A DNA stretch of 57,822 nt from Actinomycetota bacterium (GTDB taxonomy: Bacteria; Actinomycetota; UBA4738). The notes beneath the pieces were generated by a model. That model was not told the DNA's origin. It made no database searches and worked only from the letters and a program-made list of their open reading frames with translations. The stretch lies in assembly GCA_044870295.1 (NCBI GenBank), contig JBIOYQ010000142.1:1-57822 (forward strand), in the 5' to 3' direction. Position 1 is the first letter of the stretch. The number at the start of each line of letters is the position of its first letter. Shown here one piece after another: positions 18,525-28,487 of the stretch. The translations under genes were made by a program, and so were the position numbers.

Positions 18525-20300
18525 CTAAAAGACCAATCGGATGTAATAGAAGGCCGCGGGCGCGACCAGCAGGACCGAGTCGATCCGGTCGAAGACCCCG
18601 CCGTGGCCGGGCAGCAACGAGCCCATGTCCTTGACCCCGAGATCGCGCTTGATCAGGGATTCGATCAGGTCGCCCATGGGGGCGAACACGGCGATCACAA
18701 TGAACAGACCGATGGCCTGGGTCACGGAGAAGTAATCCAGCACGGACGGGATGACGGCCAGAGACGAGATGAAGGTGACGGCGGTCGCCCCGGCCAACCC
18801 CTCCCATGACTTGCGTGGACTGATCGTCGGCGCGAGTGGCCTGCTTCCCCAGAACGACCCGAAGATGAACGCCCAGATGTCGTACCAGAAGGTCAGGCCG
18901 ATCACCGTCAACATGAGCGCCCGCCCCGAATCGGGCTGGGCCAGCAGGAGGAAGACGTAGCAGGCCAGCGCGGGGCCGTACAGCACTCCGAGCATCGTGC
19001 TGCCCACGTTGTTGATGAGGTTTTCGCGCGCCTTCAACGGCGCGGCCATGTACCACAGGAACGCCAGGAAGGCCCCGAGCACGACGAAGAAGGCGATGGC
19101 GGGCTCGCCCTTGCGGTACGCGCCGGCCATCATGAACCCGCCGATCACGAGGCCGAGGGCCGTGGCCGGCTGGTGGCCCTTGCGTCGCATGGTCGCGTAC
19201 AGCTCGGCCTGTCCCAGGAGGACCGCCCCGCCCGCCACCACCACGAACGCCGCCTTGGCGATCAGGAGCGCGATGAGCGCCACGAACGCCAGCACGGCCG
19301 CGGTGATGACCGCCGCGGACAGGTTGCGGGCCGGACCGGGTGCCTGCGGCGGCGCCGTCTCCGTCATGAGCGGCCGCGATGTGGGCTCCTCCCACGTGGG
19401 CCCGGTCAGGGACTCGGGAGCCCCCACCCGGACGGTGCGCGGCCCGGACGGCTCGTCGAGGTCGCTCAGCAGGTCGGCTTCGACCTGCGATGGTTGCTCG
19501 GCGTCCCGGAACTCCTCGGCAAGTTGATCGGCGGCAGCCTCGACTTCGGCGATAGAGGGCTCGGGCCACTCCGCTTCGGCGGACGCCGGTTCCTCTGCGT
19601 CGGCGTAGGTCGGCTCAAGCTCCTCCGCCCCCGACGTCACCGGCTCATCGGATGGCTCGACCGTCGGCTCCTGTTCCTCCGGCGCCACGGACTCGTCACG
19701 CGGGCCCGGCAGATCTCGATACTCCGGTGGGGCCTTTCGCATGTCGTCGAGGGTCAGTTCGTGTCCACCGCCCGGCTCGAGCCACTCGGGCCGGTCAGTC
19801 GGCTCCTCGTCGTAGCCGAACATGCTCTCGTCCGCCGTGGTCTCGGGCGTCTCGGCTTCGTCCCCGAGCACGTCTCCCGCTTCCTCGCCCTCGCCTTCAC
19901 CCAGGACATCGCGAAGGCGACTCCACTCCTCGCCGGTCATCTCGGCGGTGGGAGGTTCGGAGGGCGCCGCCGGCGCGGAGGCTGGGGCCTCTTCTTCCCG
20001 CTCTTCGGGTTCGATCCCCGAGGTCTCGTCTTCGGGACGCTCGTCGCCGGTGGTCAGGGACTCGATGTCGGGACGCCAGTCCGACGGCAACAGCTCTTCG
20101 GCCTCGCCACCCGTCGCCTCGTCCAGGCGGGAGGGTTCCTCGGACCCGGCCTGCTGCTCCGGCCGTGACTCTTCCTCCTCGGCCCGGCGGCGCCGGGCCT
20201 GGGGGTCGGGTGCGAAGAACCGGTCGAGGTCGTCGAAGAGATCGTCGAAGGCGTCGCCGCGCTCTTCGGGACCGGCAGGGTCCTGGCCTTCGCGTTCCAT
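18525..20300 (-). CDS. cdsA: phosphatidate cytidylyltransferase CdsA with about 300-aa acidic low-complexity N-terminal extension
   Basis: The C-terminal roughly 285 aa carry the CdsA signature (RNLSAAVI..., SPRKSWEG, GDLIESLIKRDLGVKDMGSLLPGHGGVFDRIDS). A single uninterrupted frame runs from ATG 20300, which shares one nucleotide with the frr stop. The extension is E/D/P-rich with high GC3. Confidence 0.85.
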   Translation of the reverse strand: MEREGQDPAGPEERGDAFDDLFDDLDRFFAPDPQARRRRAEEEESRPEQQAGSEEPSRLDEATGGEAEELLPSDWRPDIESLTTGDERPEDETSGIEPEEREEEAPASAPAAPSEPPTAEMTGEEWSRLRDVLGEGEGEEAGDVLGDEAETPETTADESMFGYDEEPTDRPEWLEPGGGHELTLDDMRKAPPEYRDLPGPRDESVAPEEQEPTVEPSDEPVTSGAEELEPTYADAEEPASAEAEWPEPSIAEVEAAADQLAEEFRDAEQPSQVEADLLSDLDEPSGPRTVRVGAPESLTGPTWEEPTSRPLMTETAPPQAPGPARNLSAAVITAAVLAFVALIALLIAKAAFVVVAGGAVLLGQAELYATMRRKGHQPATALGLVIGGFMMAGAYRKGEPAIAFFVVLGAFLAFLWYMAAPLKARENLINNVGSTMLGVLYGPALACYVFLLLAQPDSGRALMLTVIGLTFWYDIWAFIFGSFWGSRPLAPTISPRKSWEGLAGATAVTFISSLAVIPSVLDYFSVTQAIGLFIVIAVFAPMGDLIESLIKRDLGVKDMGSLLPGHGGVFDRIDSVLLVAPAAFYYIRLVF

Positions 20301-20860
20301 CAGACTTCCGACAACTCCTTCTCCTTGTGCTCCAGGAGCGAGTCGATCTCCGCGATGAATTGATCCGTCAGGCGCTGGAGGTCCTTCTCGGACCGACGAA
20401 GGTCGTCCTCGGAGATGGTGTGTTCGCGCTCCAGTCGCTCGAGGGTCTCCTTGGCGTGCCGCCGTACGTTGCGGACCGAGATGCGTCCCTCCTCCGCTCG
20501 ATCCCTGGCCAGCTTGATCAGCTCCTTGCGGCGCTCCTGTGTGAGCGCCGGAAAGCTCAGGCGGATCACGGTGCCGTCGCTGGACGGCGTCAGGCCGAGG
20601 TCCGAGGACATGATGGCCCGCTCCATGCCGGCGATGGCGTTGCGGTCGTGCGGTTGGATCACCAGCATGCGCGGCTCGGGCACCGAGAACGAGGCCAGCT
20701 CGCGGATGGAGACCTGCGTGCCGTAGTAGTCGACCGTCAGGCGGTCGAGCAGCTTCGGGTTGGCCCGCCCGGTCCGGATGGACCCGAGGTCGTCCTGCGC
20801 GACGGAGACGGCACCCCGCATCTTCTGCTCGGCATCCTTCAACGTCTCGGGGGCGGTCAT
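20300..20860 (-). CDS. frr: ribosome recycling factor
   Basis: L.D.E.KM..AV......L..IRTGRANP.LLD...VDYYGT, 186 aa, downstream of pyrH. Confidence 0.96.
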   Translation of the reverse strand: MTAPETLKDAEQKMRGAVSVAQDDLGSIRTGRANPKLLDRLTVDYYGTQVSIRELASFSVPEPRMLVIQPHDRNAIAGMERAIMSSDLGLTPSSDGTVIRLSFPALTQERRKELIKLARDRAEEGRISVRNVRRHAKETLERLEREHTISEDDLRRSEKDLQRLTDQFIAEIDSLLEHKEKELSEV

Positions 20861-20954
20861 GGAGCCACGGCGTCCTTTCCTGATGTGATCGTTCGAGGGT
20901 ACCGGGCCAAGAGCCTACTCACTGGCCGAGAGGCGTGCGACCCCCCGAGAGGTG

Positions 20955-21680
<726 letters not shown>

Positions 21681-21686
21681 CTAGGA

Positions 21687-22301
21687 TCAGGCCTCTTCTC
21701 CCAGCTTGAACCGGGAGAACCGCCGGATCACCACATTCTCGCCGACCTTCGCCGCGACCTCCTGGACCAGGTCCTTTATCTTCTTCGAGTCCTCGCGGAT
21801 GTAAGGCTGGTCCAGCAGGACCGTCTCGGTGAAGAAGGCCTCCAGCTTCCCGTCGACGATCCGCTGGATCACGTTGTCGGGCTTGCCCGAGCTGCGGGCC
21901 TGCTCCTCGTAGATCTTGCGCTCGCCGTCGATCACGTCGCTGGGGACGTCGTCACGGCTGATCCACCTGGGGTCGCGGGCCGTGATCTGCATGGCGACTT
22001 CGCGAGCCAGCCGGCGGAAGTCTTCCGTCCGGGCCACGAAGTCCGTCTCGCAGTTCACCTCGACCATGGCTCCGATCCTGCGGTCCTCGCCGTGGATGTA
22101 GGCGTCGATCACGCCCTGCGAGGCCCGGCGCCCTTCACGCTTACGGGCGTCGGCCTGCCCGCGCTCGCGAAGGAGCACGCGGGCGCGCTCCAGGTCGCCG
22201 CCCGATTCCACCAGGGCGCGCTTGCAGTCCATCATCCCGGCGCCGGTCTCCTCGCGAAGCCGCCTCACGGCGTCGGCGGGGATGCTCACTGGGTCCGTCA
22301 T
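21687..22301 (-). CDS. tsf: translation elongation factor Ts (short form, 204 aa)
   Basis: AVRRLREETGAGMMDCKRALVESGGDLERA and VEVNCETDFVAR. Start placed at ATG 22301; the upstream track extension is R/P/T-rich and overlaps rpsB. Confidence 0.93.
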   Translation of the reverse strand: MTDPVSIPADAVRRLREETGAGMMDCKRALVESGGDLERARVLLRERGQADARKREGRRASQGVIDAYIHGEDRRIGAMVEVNCETDFVARTEDFRRLAREVAMQITARDPRWISRDDVPSDVIDGERKIYEEQARSSGKPDNVIQRIVDGKLEAFFTETVLLDQPYIREDSKKIKDLVQEVAAKVGENVVIRRFSRFKLGEEA

Positions 22302-22311
22302 GTGGTTGGCC

Positions 22312-23358
22312 TCATTCCTTCGCGTCGTCGTTGTGGTCTTCGTCGTCGCTGGTTCGGGCGACGGCGGGCTCGGGGGCGGGGCGCTGCTCGTCGGCCGCCT
22401 CCTGGACCGCGTCCGGCTCGGCCTCGACGGCGTCGGCGTCCGTCGCGCCCGAGGCGGCCGTGTGGATGGCGGCGTCCTCCTCACCGTCGCCGGCGCCCTC
22501 CGCAGCTTCGGCGGCGGCGCCCTCCTCGAGCGTGGCTCCGAAGAACGCCTTCTCCTCCTCGGAGAGCTGGACGGACGACCGGTGGACTTCCACGGCTTCC
22601 TCGGTCTCGACGGCGCTCACCGCCGGCTCGGGCTCGAACTCCGGCTCGAACGTCTGGGCCGCAACACCCTTGTAGGCGAGGTACTGGCCCTCCTGCACGG
22701 CGTCGGCGATCACCTTGGTCACCAGGGCACAGGACCGGATGGCGTCGTCGTTCCCGGGGATGACGAAGTCGACCTCGTCGGGGTCGCAGTTGGTGTCCAC
22801 GATGGCGACCACGGGGATGCCCAGCTTGCGGGCTTCCTTGACCGCGATGTGCTCGCGCTTGGTGTCGATCACGTACACGGCCTTGGGCAGCGCCTCCATG
22901 TCCTGGATGCCCGCCAGGTTGCGCTCGAGCTTCTCCTTCTCGTGCCGGAGCTTGAGGACCTCCTTCTTCGGAAGGAAGTCGAACGCGCCCGAGCGCTCCA
23001 TCTCGCGAAGCTCCTTGAGGCGCTTCAGCCGGCCGTGGATGGTCTGGAAGTTGGTCAGCATGCCCCCGAGCCAGCGCGTGTTGACGAACGGCATGCCAAC
23101 CCTGCCGGCCTGCTCCTGGACGATCTCCTGGGCCTGCTTCTTGGTCCCCACGAACAGGACCGTGCCGCCCTGCCGGCCCACATCGAGCAGGAAGTCATAG
23201 GTTTCGTTGAGGGCGTCGAGCGTCTTCTCGAGATCGATGATGTAGATGCCGGAGCGCTCACCGAAGATGAATCGGCGCATCTTCGGGTTCCACCGCCGGG
23301 TTTGATGGCCGAAGTGGACGCCGGCCTCGAGCAGCTCGCGCCGGGTGGCGACGGGCAT
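22312..23358 (-). CDS. rpsB: 30S ribosomal protein S2 with about 100-aa acidic/Ala-rich C-terminal extension
   Basis: [70 protein letters not shown] at 23358. Confidence 0.95.
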   Translation of the reverse strand: MPVATRRELLEAGVHFGHQTRRWNPKMRRFIFGERSGIYIIDLEKTLDALNETYDFLLDVGRQGGTVLFVGTKKQAQEIVQEQAGRVGMPFVNTRWLGGMLTNFQTIHGRLKRLKELREMERSGAFDFLPKKEVLKLRHEKEKLERNLAGIQDMEALPKAVYVIDTKREHIAVKEARKLGIPVVAIVDTNCDPDEVDFVIPGNDDAIRSCALVTKVIADAVQEGQYLAYKGVAAQTFEPEFEPEPAVSAVETEEAVEVHRSSVQLSEEEKAFFGATLEEGAAAEAAEGAGDGEEDAAIHTAASGATDADAVEAEPDAVQEAADEQRPAPEPAVARTSDDEDHNDDAKE

Positions 23359-23529
23359 CTTCGTGTTCCCCCTTTCGGTTTTTTTGGTCTGCCTCCGCCC
23401 GGTTCTTTCCGGCCGCGGCCCGCAGGGCGGGACCCCGTGGCCGGTCCCCAGACGTGTGGATTGGCCGAGCGTCAACCCGACCTGGGTCCGAGTTTAACAG
23501 GGGGACCCTTCAGCGCGGGAGACGGGCTC

Positions 23530-24609
23530 CTACCTGAGCGGAGCGGGGGCTCGTTGCGGCCGGGCCCCGTTCCGTTGGCCGTCCGCCGCGAGCGCATGTT
23601 CACGGACCACCAGCCACCGGTAGGTGAAGGTGGCGAGGGCGATCATGTGGAGGAAGGACACGAACAGCACGAACAGCCACGTCGCCACGCTGGGGGTGGC
23701 GGCCGCGACGGGGCTGGGAGGTGCGAAGACCGAGACCATCAGGGACAGGGCCACGTAGGACGCCGTCGCCACCAGGTGCTTGGGCCCGGGGAGCCTTGCG
23801 GCCTTTACAGCGAGCAGATACCCCCCGCGGAGCCCGGTCCGCTCGGTGATGACGGCGATCGGGGCGAACACGAAGAAGTACAGACCGGCCAGGAGCCCAC
23901 CGATCGCGGCGAACTGGCCGAGGAGCCCGACCGCCAGGAACAGCGTGACGATGGCCAGGGCGAAGAAGCCCGCTTCGACGCCGACCAACGGGCCGAAGGA
24001 TCCGGCCATCCGGCGGAGCGCCGCCCTGGCCTCGCCGGTCCATCCTCTCCCCGGCTGATCCGGCCCCGCGGGATCGCCGCGATCGCCGTCCCGATCGAGG
24101 CGTTGCAGGATCAGGGAGATCCAGAAACCCATGAGGGCCGCGCGCACGACGATCAGCCCGACGGCCAGGGCTATTCCCTTGATGGGGGACGACGCTCCTC
24201 CGGCCAGCAGCACCTGGATGTCGAGGAACAGGGTATGCATGGGCGGAAGCGACACCAGCATGCCCATGAACCCCGGGGTCGCGGCCAGCACGACGCCGAA
24301 GGCCGCGAACGCCGACCACAGCGCGAGGACGGCGAGGAACGACGAGATCACCAGGAGGGGGGACCCGCCGACCACCCGAAGGCCACGAGCCACCGTCACG
24401 AACAGTGGTGGATGGATCCACGGTTGGCTCGCCCGTGTTCGCGTCCGCGCCGCCCTGGTCGCCCGGCCGGTCGACCGAGATGCAGCCGCGGCCCCGCGAG
24501 ACCCCTTCCTTCCTTCGGCTTGGGATGGCGGCCGCTCATGACCGTTCGACGCCTCTACGGGCTGTTGACGCAGCGGGGCCGGGCGCTTGCGGCGCTTCTT
24601 CTTGGTCAC
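23530..24609 (-). CDS. hypothetical polytopic membrane protein with strongly basic N-terminus
   Basis: GTG 24609 overlaps the stop of the upstream PQQ gene (GTGA). N-terminus is VTKKKRRKRPAP..., followed by at least 6 hydrophobic segments. The upstream part of the 537-aa track ORF overlaps the PQQ gene and is R/G-rich. Confidence 0.6.
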   Translation of the reverse strand: MTKKKRRKRPAPLRQQPVEASNGHERPPSQAEGRKGSRGAAAASRSTGRATRAARTRTRASQPWIHPPLFVTVARGLRVVGGSPLLVISSFLAVLALWSAFAAFGVVLAATPGFMGMLVSLPPMHTLFLDIQVLLAGGASSPIKGIALAVGLIVVRAALMGFWISLILQRLDRDGDRGDPAGPDQPGRGWTGEARAALRRMAGSFGPLVGVEAGFFALAIVTLFLAVGLLGQFAAIGGLLAGLYFFVFAPIAVITERTGLRGGYLLAVKAARLPGPKHLVATASYVALSLMVSVFAPPSPVAAATPSVATWLFVLFVSFLHMIALATFTYRWLVVREHALAADGQRNGARPQRAPAPLR

Positions 24610-25982
24610 GCTTCGGTCTCCTCCTCGCCCCGGCCCGGCCGGTCGTTCGGTGAAAGCTTGAAGACGAACCGGAACAGCAGGACCAGCACGATGGTCAGCA
24701 CCAGGAACGCGCCCGCGTAGTTCACCAGTGCAGCGCCGGGATCGAGCTCGGTCGGGGAGGGTTCGTCCAGGAGCTGCCCGCTGGGATCCGATCCGAACGC
24801 GAGCAGTCCCCCTGGTCCGCTGGCGATGGGGGCCAGCAGGAGGTCGCCCGATGGAGCCAGGGCCCCGACCTGCCCGGGCACGATGCCGCGCCACACCAGG
24901 TGAGCGGACTCGATGTCGATGCCGGCGATGAAGCCGTCGTCGAGCCCCACGTACACCGTCGATCCGGCCACGAGGGGGGCGCTCCACGAGGCTCGGGACG
25001 GGAATCGGAACTCCCATCGCGTCTCGCCGGTCCCCGCGTCCAAGCGATAGATCCCTCCTGCCTCGTCCAGCAGATACACACTCCCTCCGGCAATGGCCGG
25101 TGCGGTGCGAAAGCTGAACGGCGCTCGAACCAACCGGCTCCACCGCTCCGCACCCGTGTTCTGGTCGAAGGCCCTGACGACGTCGTCACCGAACCCCACG
25201 TAGACCGAGCCTCCGAACACACTCGGAGAGGTCGGTCCGAGCGCGGGGCGCGGCTGCTCGAACCGCCAGCGTGAGCGCCCGGTCGCGGCATCCAGGGCAG
25301 CAAGCGTGACGTCGCCGACCGTCTCCGACTCGCTCACCACGAAGACCTTCCCGCCGTCGACCGCGGGCGTGGCGTCCACGCTCCCGGCCGTCCGTACCTT
25401 CCACGCCAACGTACCGGTGACGACGTCGGCCGCATACACGAACCCGTTCCGCGACCCGACGTAGACGCGGCCGTCTTCGATCGTCGGCGAACCTCGGGCG
25501 ATGTCCCCCAACGGAAGGGTCCAGAGCCGGGATCGCGATACCAGGTCGATCGCCACCAGCACGGTCTTCGGGGCCGACGCGCCCTCGGTCATGACCAGCA
25601 GGCCACCGGTGCCTGCTGACGGATCGATGGCCGGTGCGGCCACCGGTCCTCCTGCTCGAGGTACCGTCCACAACACCCTGCCGTCGGCCGGATCGACCGC
25701 GATCACCTGCGTGGCCGCTACCGAAACGGCGAGGCCGGGAACCACCGCGATGGCCCCGACCCGGGCATCGCCCTCGGGTCGGGCTCGCCAGACCTGCTTC
25801 AGCGGCGGAGCGATGGCGACGGCAGCCTGGCCGAGATGGCCCGGACCTCCCTGGAGCATGGGCCAGGTGGACGATCCTTCCTGGGCCGACGCTGGAGAAA
25901 GCGTCGAGCCGGCCAGCGTCGCCATCAGGAGGATGGCGAAACGGTTCAGCGGCGTCCCATGGGTTGTGCTCCGAGTGGCCAA
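24606..25982 (-). CDS. PQQ-like beta-propeller repeat protein, secreted with C-terminal TM anchor
   Basis: Signal peptide (FAILLMATLAGSTLSPASA). Repeated propeller motifs (DGRVLWTV, TGTLAWKV, TGRSRWRF, TGAERWSR, TGETRWEF, AHLVWRG, each preceded by G.VY.G). C-terminal TM segment AFLVLTIVLVLLFRFVF. Confidence 0.8.
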   Translation of the reverse strand: MATRSTTHGTPLNRFAILLMATLAGSTLSPASAQEGSSTWPMLQGGPGHLGQAAVAIAPPLKQVWRARPEGDARVGAIAVVPGLAVSVAATQVIAVDPADGRVLWTVPRAGGPVAAPAIDPSAGTGGLLVMTEGASAPKTVLVAIDLVSRSRLWTLPLGDIARGSPTIEDGRVYVGSRNGFVYAADVVTGTLAWKVRTAGSVDATPAVDGGKVFVVSESETVGDVTLAALDAATGRSRWRFEQPRPALGPTSPSVFGGSVYVGFGDDVVRAFDQNTGAERWSRLVRAPFSFRTAPAIAGGSVYLLDEAGGIYRLDAGTGETRWEFRFPSRASWSAPLVAGSTVYVGLDDGFIAGIDIESAHLVWRGIVPGQVGALAPSGDLLLAPIASGPGGLLAFGSDPSGQLLDEPSPTELDPGAALVNYAGAFLVLTIVLVLLFRFVFKLSPNDRPGRGEEETEA

Positions 25983-26605
25983 GACCGCTCATTGTAGGGG
26001 GGCGGCATCGGGGCCTCCCCGTACGGTAACGGCGCCAGGTGGATGAAGGTCGCCACCCCGCCAGGTTCGAGGAGCAGCATGGGATCGATGTACGTCGTGC
26101 CGACTCGGGCCCCGAAATGGAGCACCGGTGTGGTGGAGCCGGGGTCGCCTTGCCCGGTCTGGCCGATCACCTGGCCTTGGGCGACGACCTCGCCCTTCTT
26201 CACGGAGATGCCGGACACCCACGAGTAGGTGGTTCGAACCCCGTCCGCATGGTCGATCGAGATGTACAGGCTGCCCCCCACCCAGCCCGCGAACGCCACG
26301 GTCCCATCCTGCGCGGCCACGAAGTCACTCCCGAACGCGGCGCCGATGTCGATGCCCCGATGGCCTGGACCGAACGGGTCGGGAGGTGGCTCGAATACAC
26401 GGACCACCGGTCCGGCCACCGGCCAGGCGTACGTGCCGGATCCGGGGTCGGCAGGATCCAGGCCGGGTTGGACGGGAAGCAGGACGAAGCTCAGAGCGGC
26501 AAAGGCCGCCAACATCGATCGGATGGGCGTCACGGACCCTCCCTCGGACGCCCCGGAGGTCGGCAGTGCGACGTTAGGTGACGGCGTCACGGATGCCAAT
26601 GACAT
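25946..26605 (-). CDS. M23-family metallopeptidase (peptidoglycan endopeptidase-like)
   Basis: GHRGIDIGAAFGS.V.AA.DGTVAFAG...G..ISIDHADGVRTTYSW.S...VKKGE.V..GQVIG.TG...........LHFG.R. N-terminal hydrophobic segment MLAAFAALSFVLLP. Start is uncertain (26605 or 26515). Confidence 0.85.
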   Translation of the reverse strand: MSLASVTPSPNVALPTSGASEGGSVTPIRSMLAAFAALSFVLLPVQPGLDPADPGSGTYAWPVAGPVVRVFEPPPDPFGPGHRGIDIGAAFGSDFVAAQDGTVAFAGWVGGSLYISIDHADGVRTTYSWVSGISVKKGEVVAQGQVIGQTGQGDPGSTTPVLHFGARVGTTYIDPMLLLEPGGVATFIHLAPLPYGEAPMPPPYNERSWPLGAQPMGRR

Positions 26606-26635
26606 CCGTCACGATGAACCGGAATTCCTCGATCC

Positions 26636-27448
26636 CTACGCCCCGTCGTCGCGCAGGTTGTTGCGGAGCTGCCCCACCGCCTTGGTGTGGATCTGGCAGA
26701 CCCTCGACTCGGTGACGCCGAGGACCTCGCCGATCTCGGCCAGGGTCATGCCCTCGAAGTAGTACAGCGTGATGACGATCTTCTCCCGTTCGGACAGGGA
26801 GTTGATGGCGGCCGCCAGGATGGCTCGGGTCTCGTTGCCCTCCAGGCCCGATGACGGATCGGACGCCGCCAGGTCGGCCAGCGTGTCCAGGAGCGACAGG
26901 GACTCTCCTCGCTCGGCCCCCGCGGAGACCACCTCTTCGAGCGCGGTCACGGTCACGAACGAGATCTGCGTGAGAATGTCGTGCAGCTCGGACGTGCTGA
27001 CGCCGAGGTGCTCGGCGATCTCCACCTCGGTGGGAGGGCGCTTCAACCGAGCCTCCAACTCCGACTGGGCTTTCTCCACCTCCCGCGCCTTGAACCGCAC
27101 CGATCGCGGGACCCAGTCGAGTGACCGCAGCTCGTCGATGATGGCGCCCCGGATCCGCGGGATGGCGTAGGTCTCGAACTTGATCTCGCGGGAGAGATCG
27201 AACTTCTCCAGCGCGTCGATCAATCCGAAGATGCCGTACGACACGAGGTCGGCCTGCTCCACGTTGGCGGGCAGCCCGGTCCCGACCCGGCTGGCCACGT
27301 ACTTCACCAGCGGGGCGTAGTGGATGATGAGCTTCTCCCGGGCCTCCTGTGAGCCCTCGCTCTTGAACTCCAGCCACAGATCGTCGAGCAAGCTCACCTG
27401 AGCCGGATCCGGAGCGGGTTTCGCCTTGGCCGAGCGGGTGGGTGCCAT
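26636..27448 (-). CDS. whiG: FliA/WhiG-family (sigma-28 type) RNA polymerase sigma factor
   Basis: Region 2: LIIHYAPLVKYVASRV...DLVSYGIFGLIDALEKFD...FETYAIPRIRGAIIDELR. Region 4: EREKIVITLYYFEGMTLAEIGEVLGVTESRVCQIHTKAV. Sits next to xerC/dprA as whiG does in actinomycetes. Confidence 0.85.
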   Translation of the reverse strand: MAPTRSAKAKPAPDPAQVSLLDDLWLEFKSEGSQEAREKLIIHYAPLVKYVASRVGTGLPANVEQADLVSYGIFGLIDALEKFDLSREIKFETYAIPRIRGAIIDELRSLDWVPRSVRFKAREVEKAQSELEARLKRPPTEVEIAEHLGVSTSELHDILTQISFVTVTALEEVVSAGAERGESLSLLDTLADLAASDPSSGLEGNETRAILAAAINSLSEREKIVITLYYFEGMTLAEIGEVLGVTESRVCQIHTKAVGQLRNNLRDDGA

Positions 27449-27452
27449 GACA

Positions 27453-28394
27453 TCAAGCCCTCGGGTGACTCTGGCGGTAGGCGGCGAAGAGCCTACTCCT
27501 GGACACGTGCGTGTACCGCTGCGTCGTGGCGAGGCTGGCGTGTCCGAGCAGCTCCTGCACGGCCCGGATGTCCGCTCCCCCCTCGAGCAGGTGGGTAGCG
27601 AACGAGTGCCTGAGCGTGTGGGGGCTGATCTTCCTCCCGGCCAGCACCCGGTCGGCGTGTCGCTCCACCATCGCCCTCGCGTCCCGTGGACCCATCCGCT
27701 TCTTCCTCCGATTCAGGAACAACGGGCCCTCCCGCGCCGTCCAGCCGGACCCATCGGCCGGGAGGAACCACCCCCGTCCCTCCTCAAGGTAATCGGCAAG
27801 CGCGGCTTCGGCGAAGTCCCCCATCGGGACGACACGCTCTTTGCTGCCCTTGCCCATGACCCGCACGGATCTCGCTTCCAGGTCCACGTCCTCCACGTCC
27901 AGGCCGCACAGCTCCGCGATCCGAAGCCCGGAGCCGTACAGCAGCTCGAGGACCGCCCGGTCGCGGAGGCCGACGGGATGGGTATCGGCCGGCGCGGCGG
28001 CCAACTGTTCGGCGTCGGACGCCTTCAGGACCGCCGGCAGCCGGGAGGGGCGGGACGGATGGGACAGTTGAGTCGCCGGGTTGGCCGGTGTCAGGCCACG
28101 ACGGCCTGCCCACGCATAGAACGATCGGATGGACGCCGCCTTCCGCGCGACGCTGGTCCTGGCATACCCGCGCGTGCCCAGATGGGCCAGCCATCGTCGC
28201 AGCAGGTGGTAGTCGGCGTCGTGCAAGGACCGGCCGCCCCGATGGAGGAACGCGGCCAGCGACGCCAGATCGGATCGGTAGGCGTCGACGGTGTGCACGG
28301 AGAGACGGCGCTCGTGGGCGAGATGCTCCACGAACGCGTCGATGGCAGCCGCGTCCTGCGGCGCGACGTGCTGATCGGGCGAGGCCGTCGACAT
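27453..28394 (-). CDS. xerC: tyrosine recombinase XerC
   Basis: [37 protein letters not shown], and C-terminal [37 protein letters not shown]. Confidence 0.92.
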   Translation of the reverse strand: MSTASPDQHVAPQDAAAIDAFVEHLAHERRLSVHTVDAYRSDLASLAAFLHRGGRSLHDADYHLLRRWLAHLGTRGYARTSVARKAASIRSFYAWAGRRGLTPANPATQLSHPSRPSRLPAVLKASDAEQLAAAPADTHPVGLRDRAVLELLYGSGLRIAELCGLDVEDVDLEARSVRVMGKGSKERVVPMGDFAEAALADYLEEGRGWFLPADGSGWTAREGPLFLNRRKKRMGPRDARAMVERHADRVLAGRKISPHTLRHSFATHLLEGGADIRAVQELLGHASLATTQRYTHVSRSRLFAAYRQSHPRA

Positions 28395-28487
28395 CCTCCC
28401 GGCTGGGCCGGCGGCGGTGCCGCCACCCTGGCGGCGCGGGCCCAGCCGACTTGTAGCACACCGGGGCGGCAGGTCAAGGATGGGGCT

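Noticed and set aside
23359-23529. 171-nt gap upstream of rpsB, examined for an S2-binding leader, promoter or small RNA.
   Set aside because: I saw only weak candidates: a TTGACG hexamer without a matching -10, and a TGTTAAACT-like element. There is no stable conserved-looking structure I can identify by eye, so this is not supportable without covariance or transcript data.
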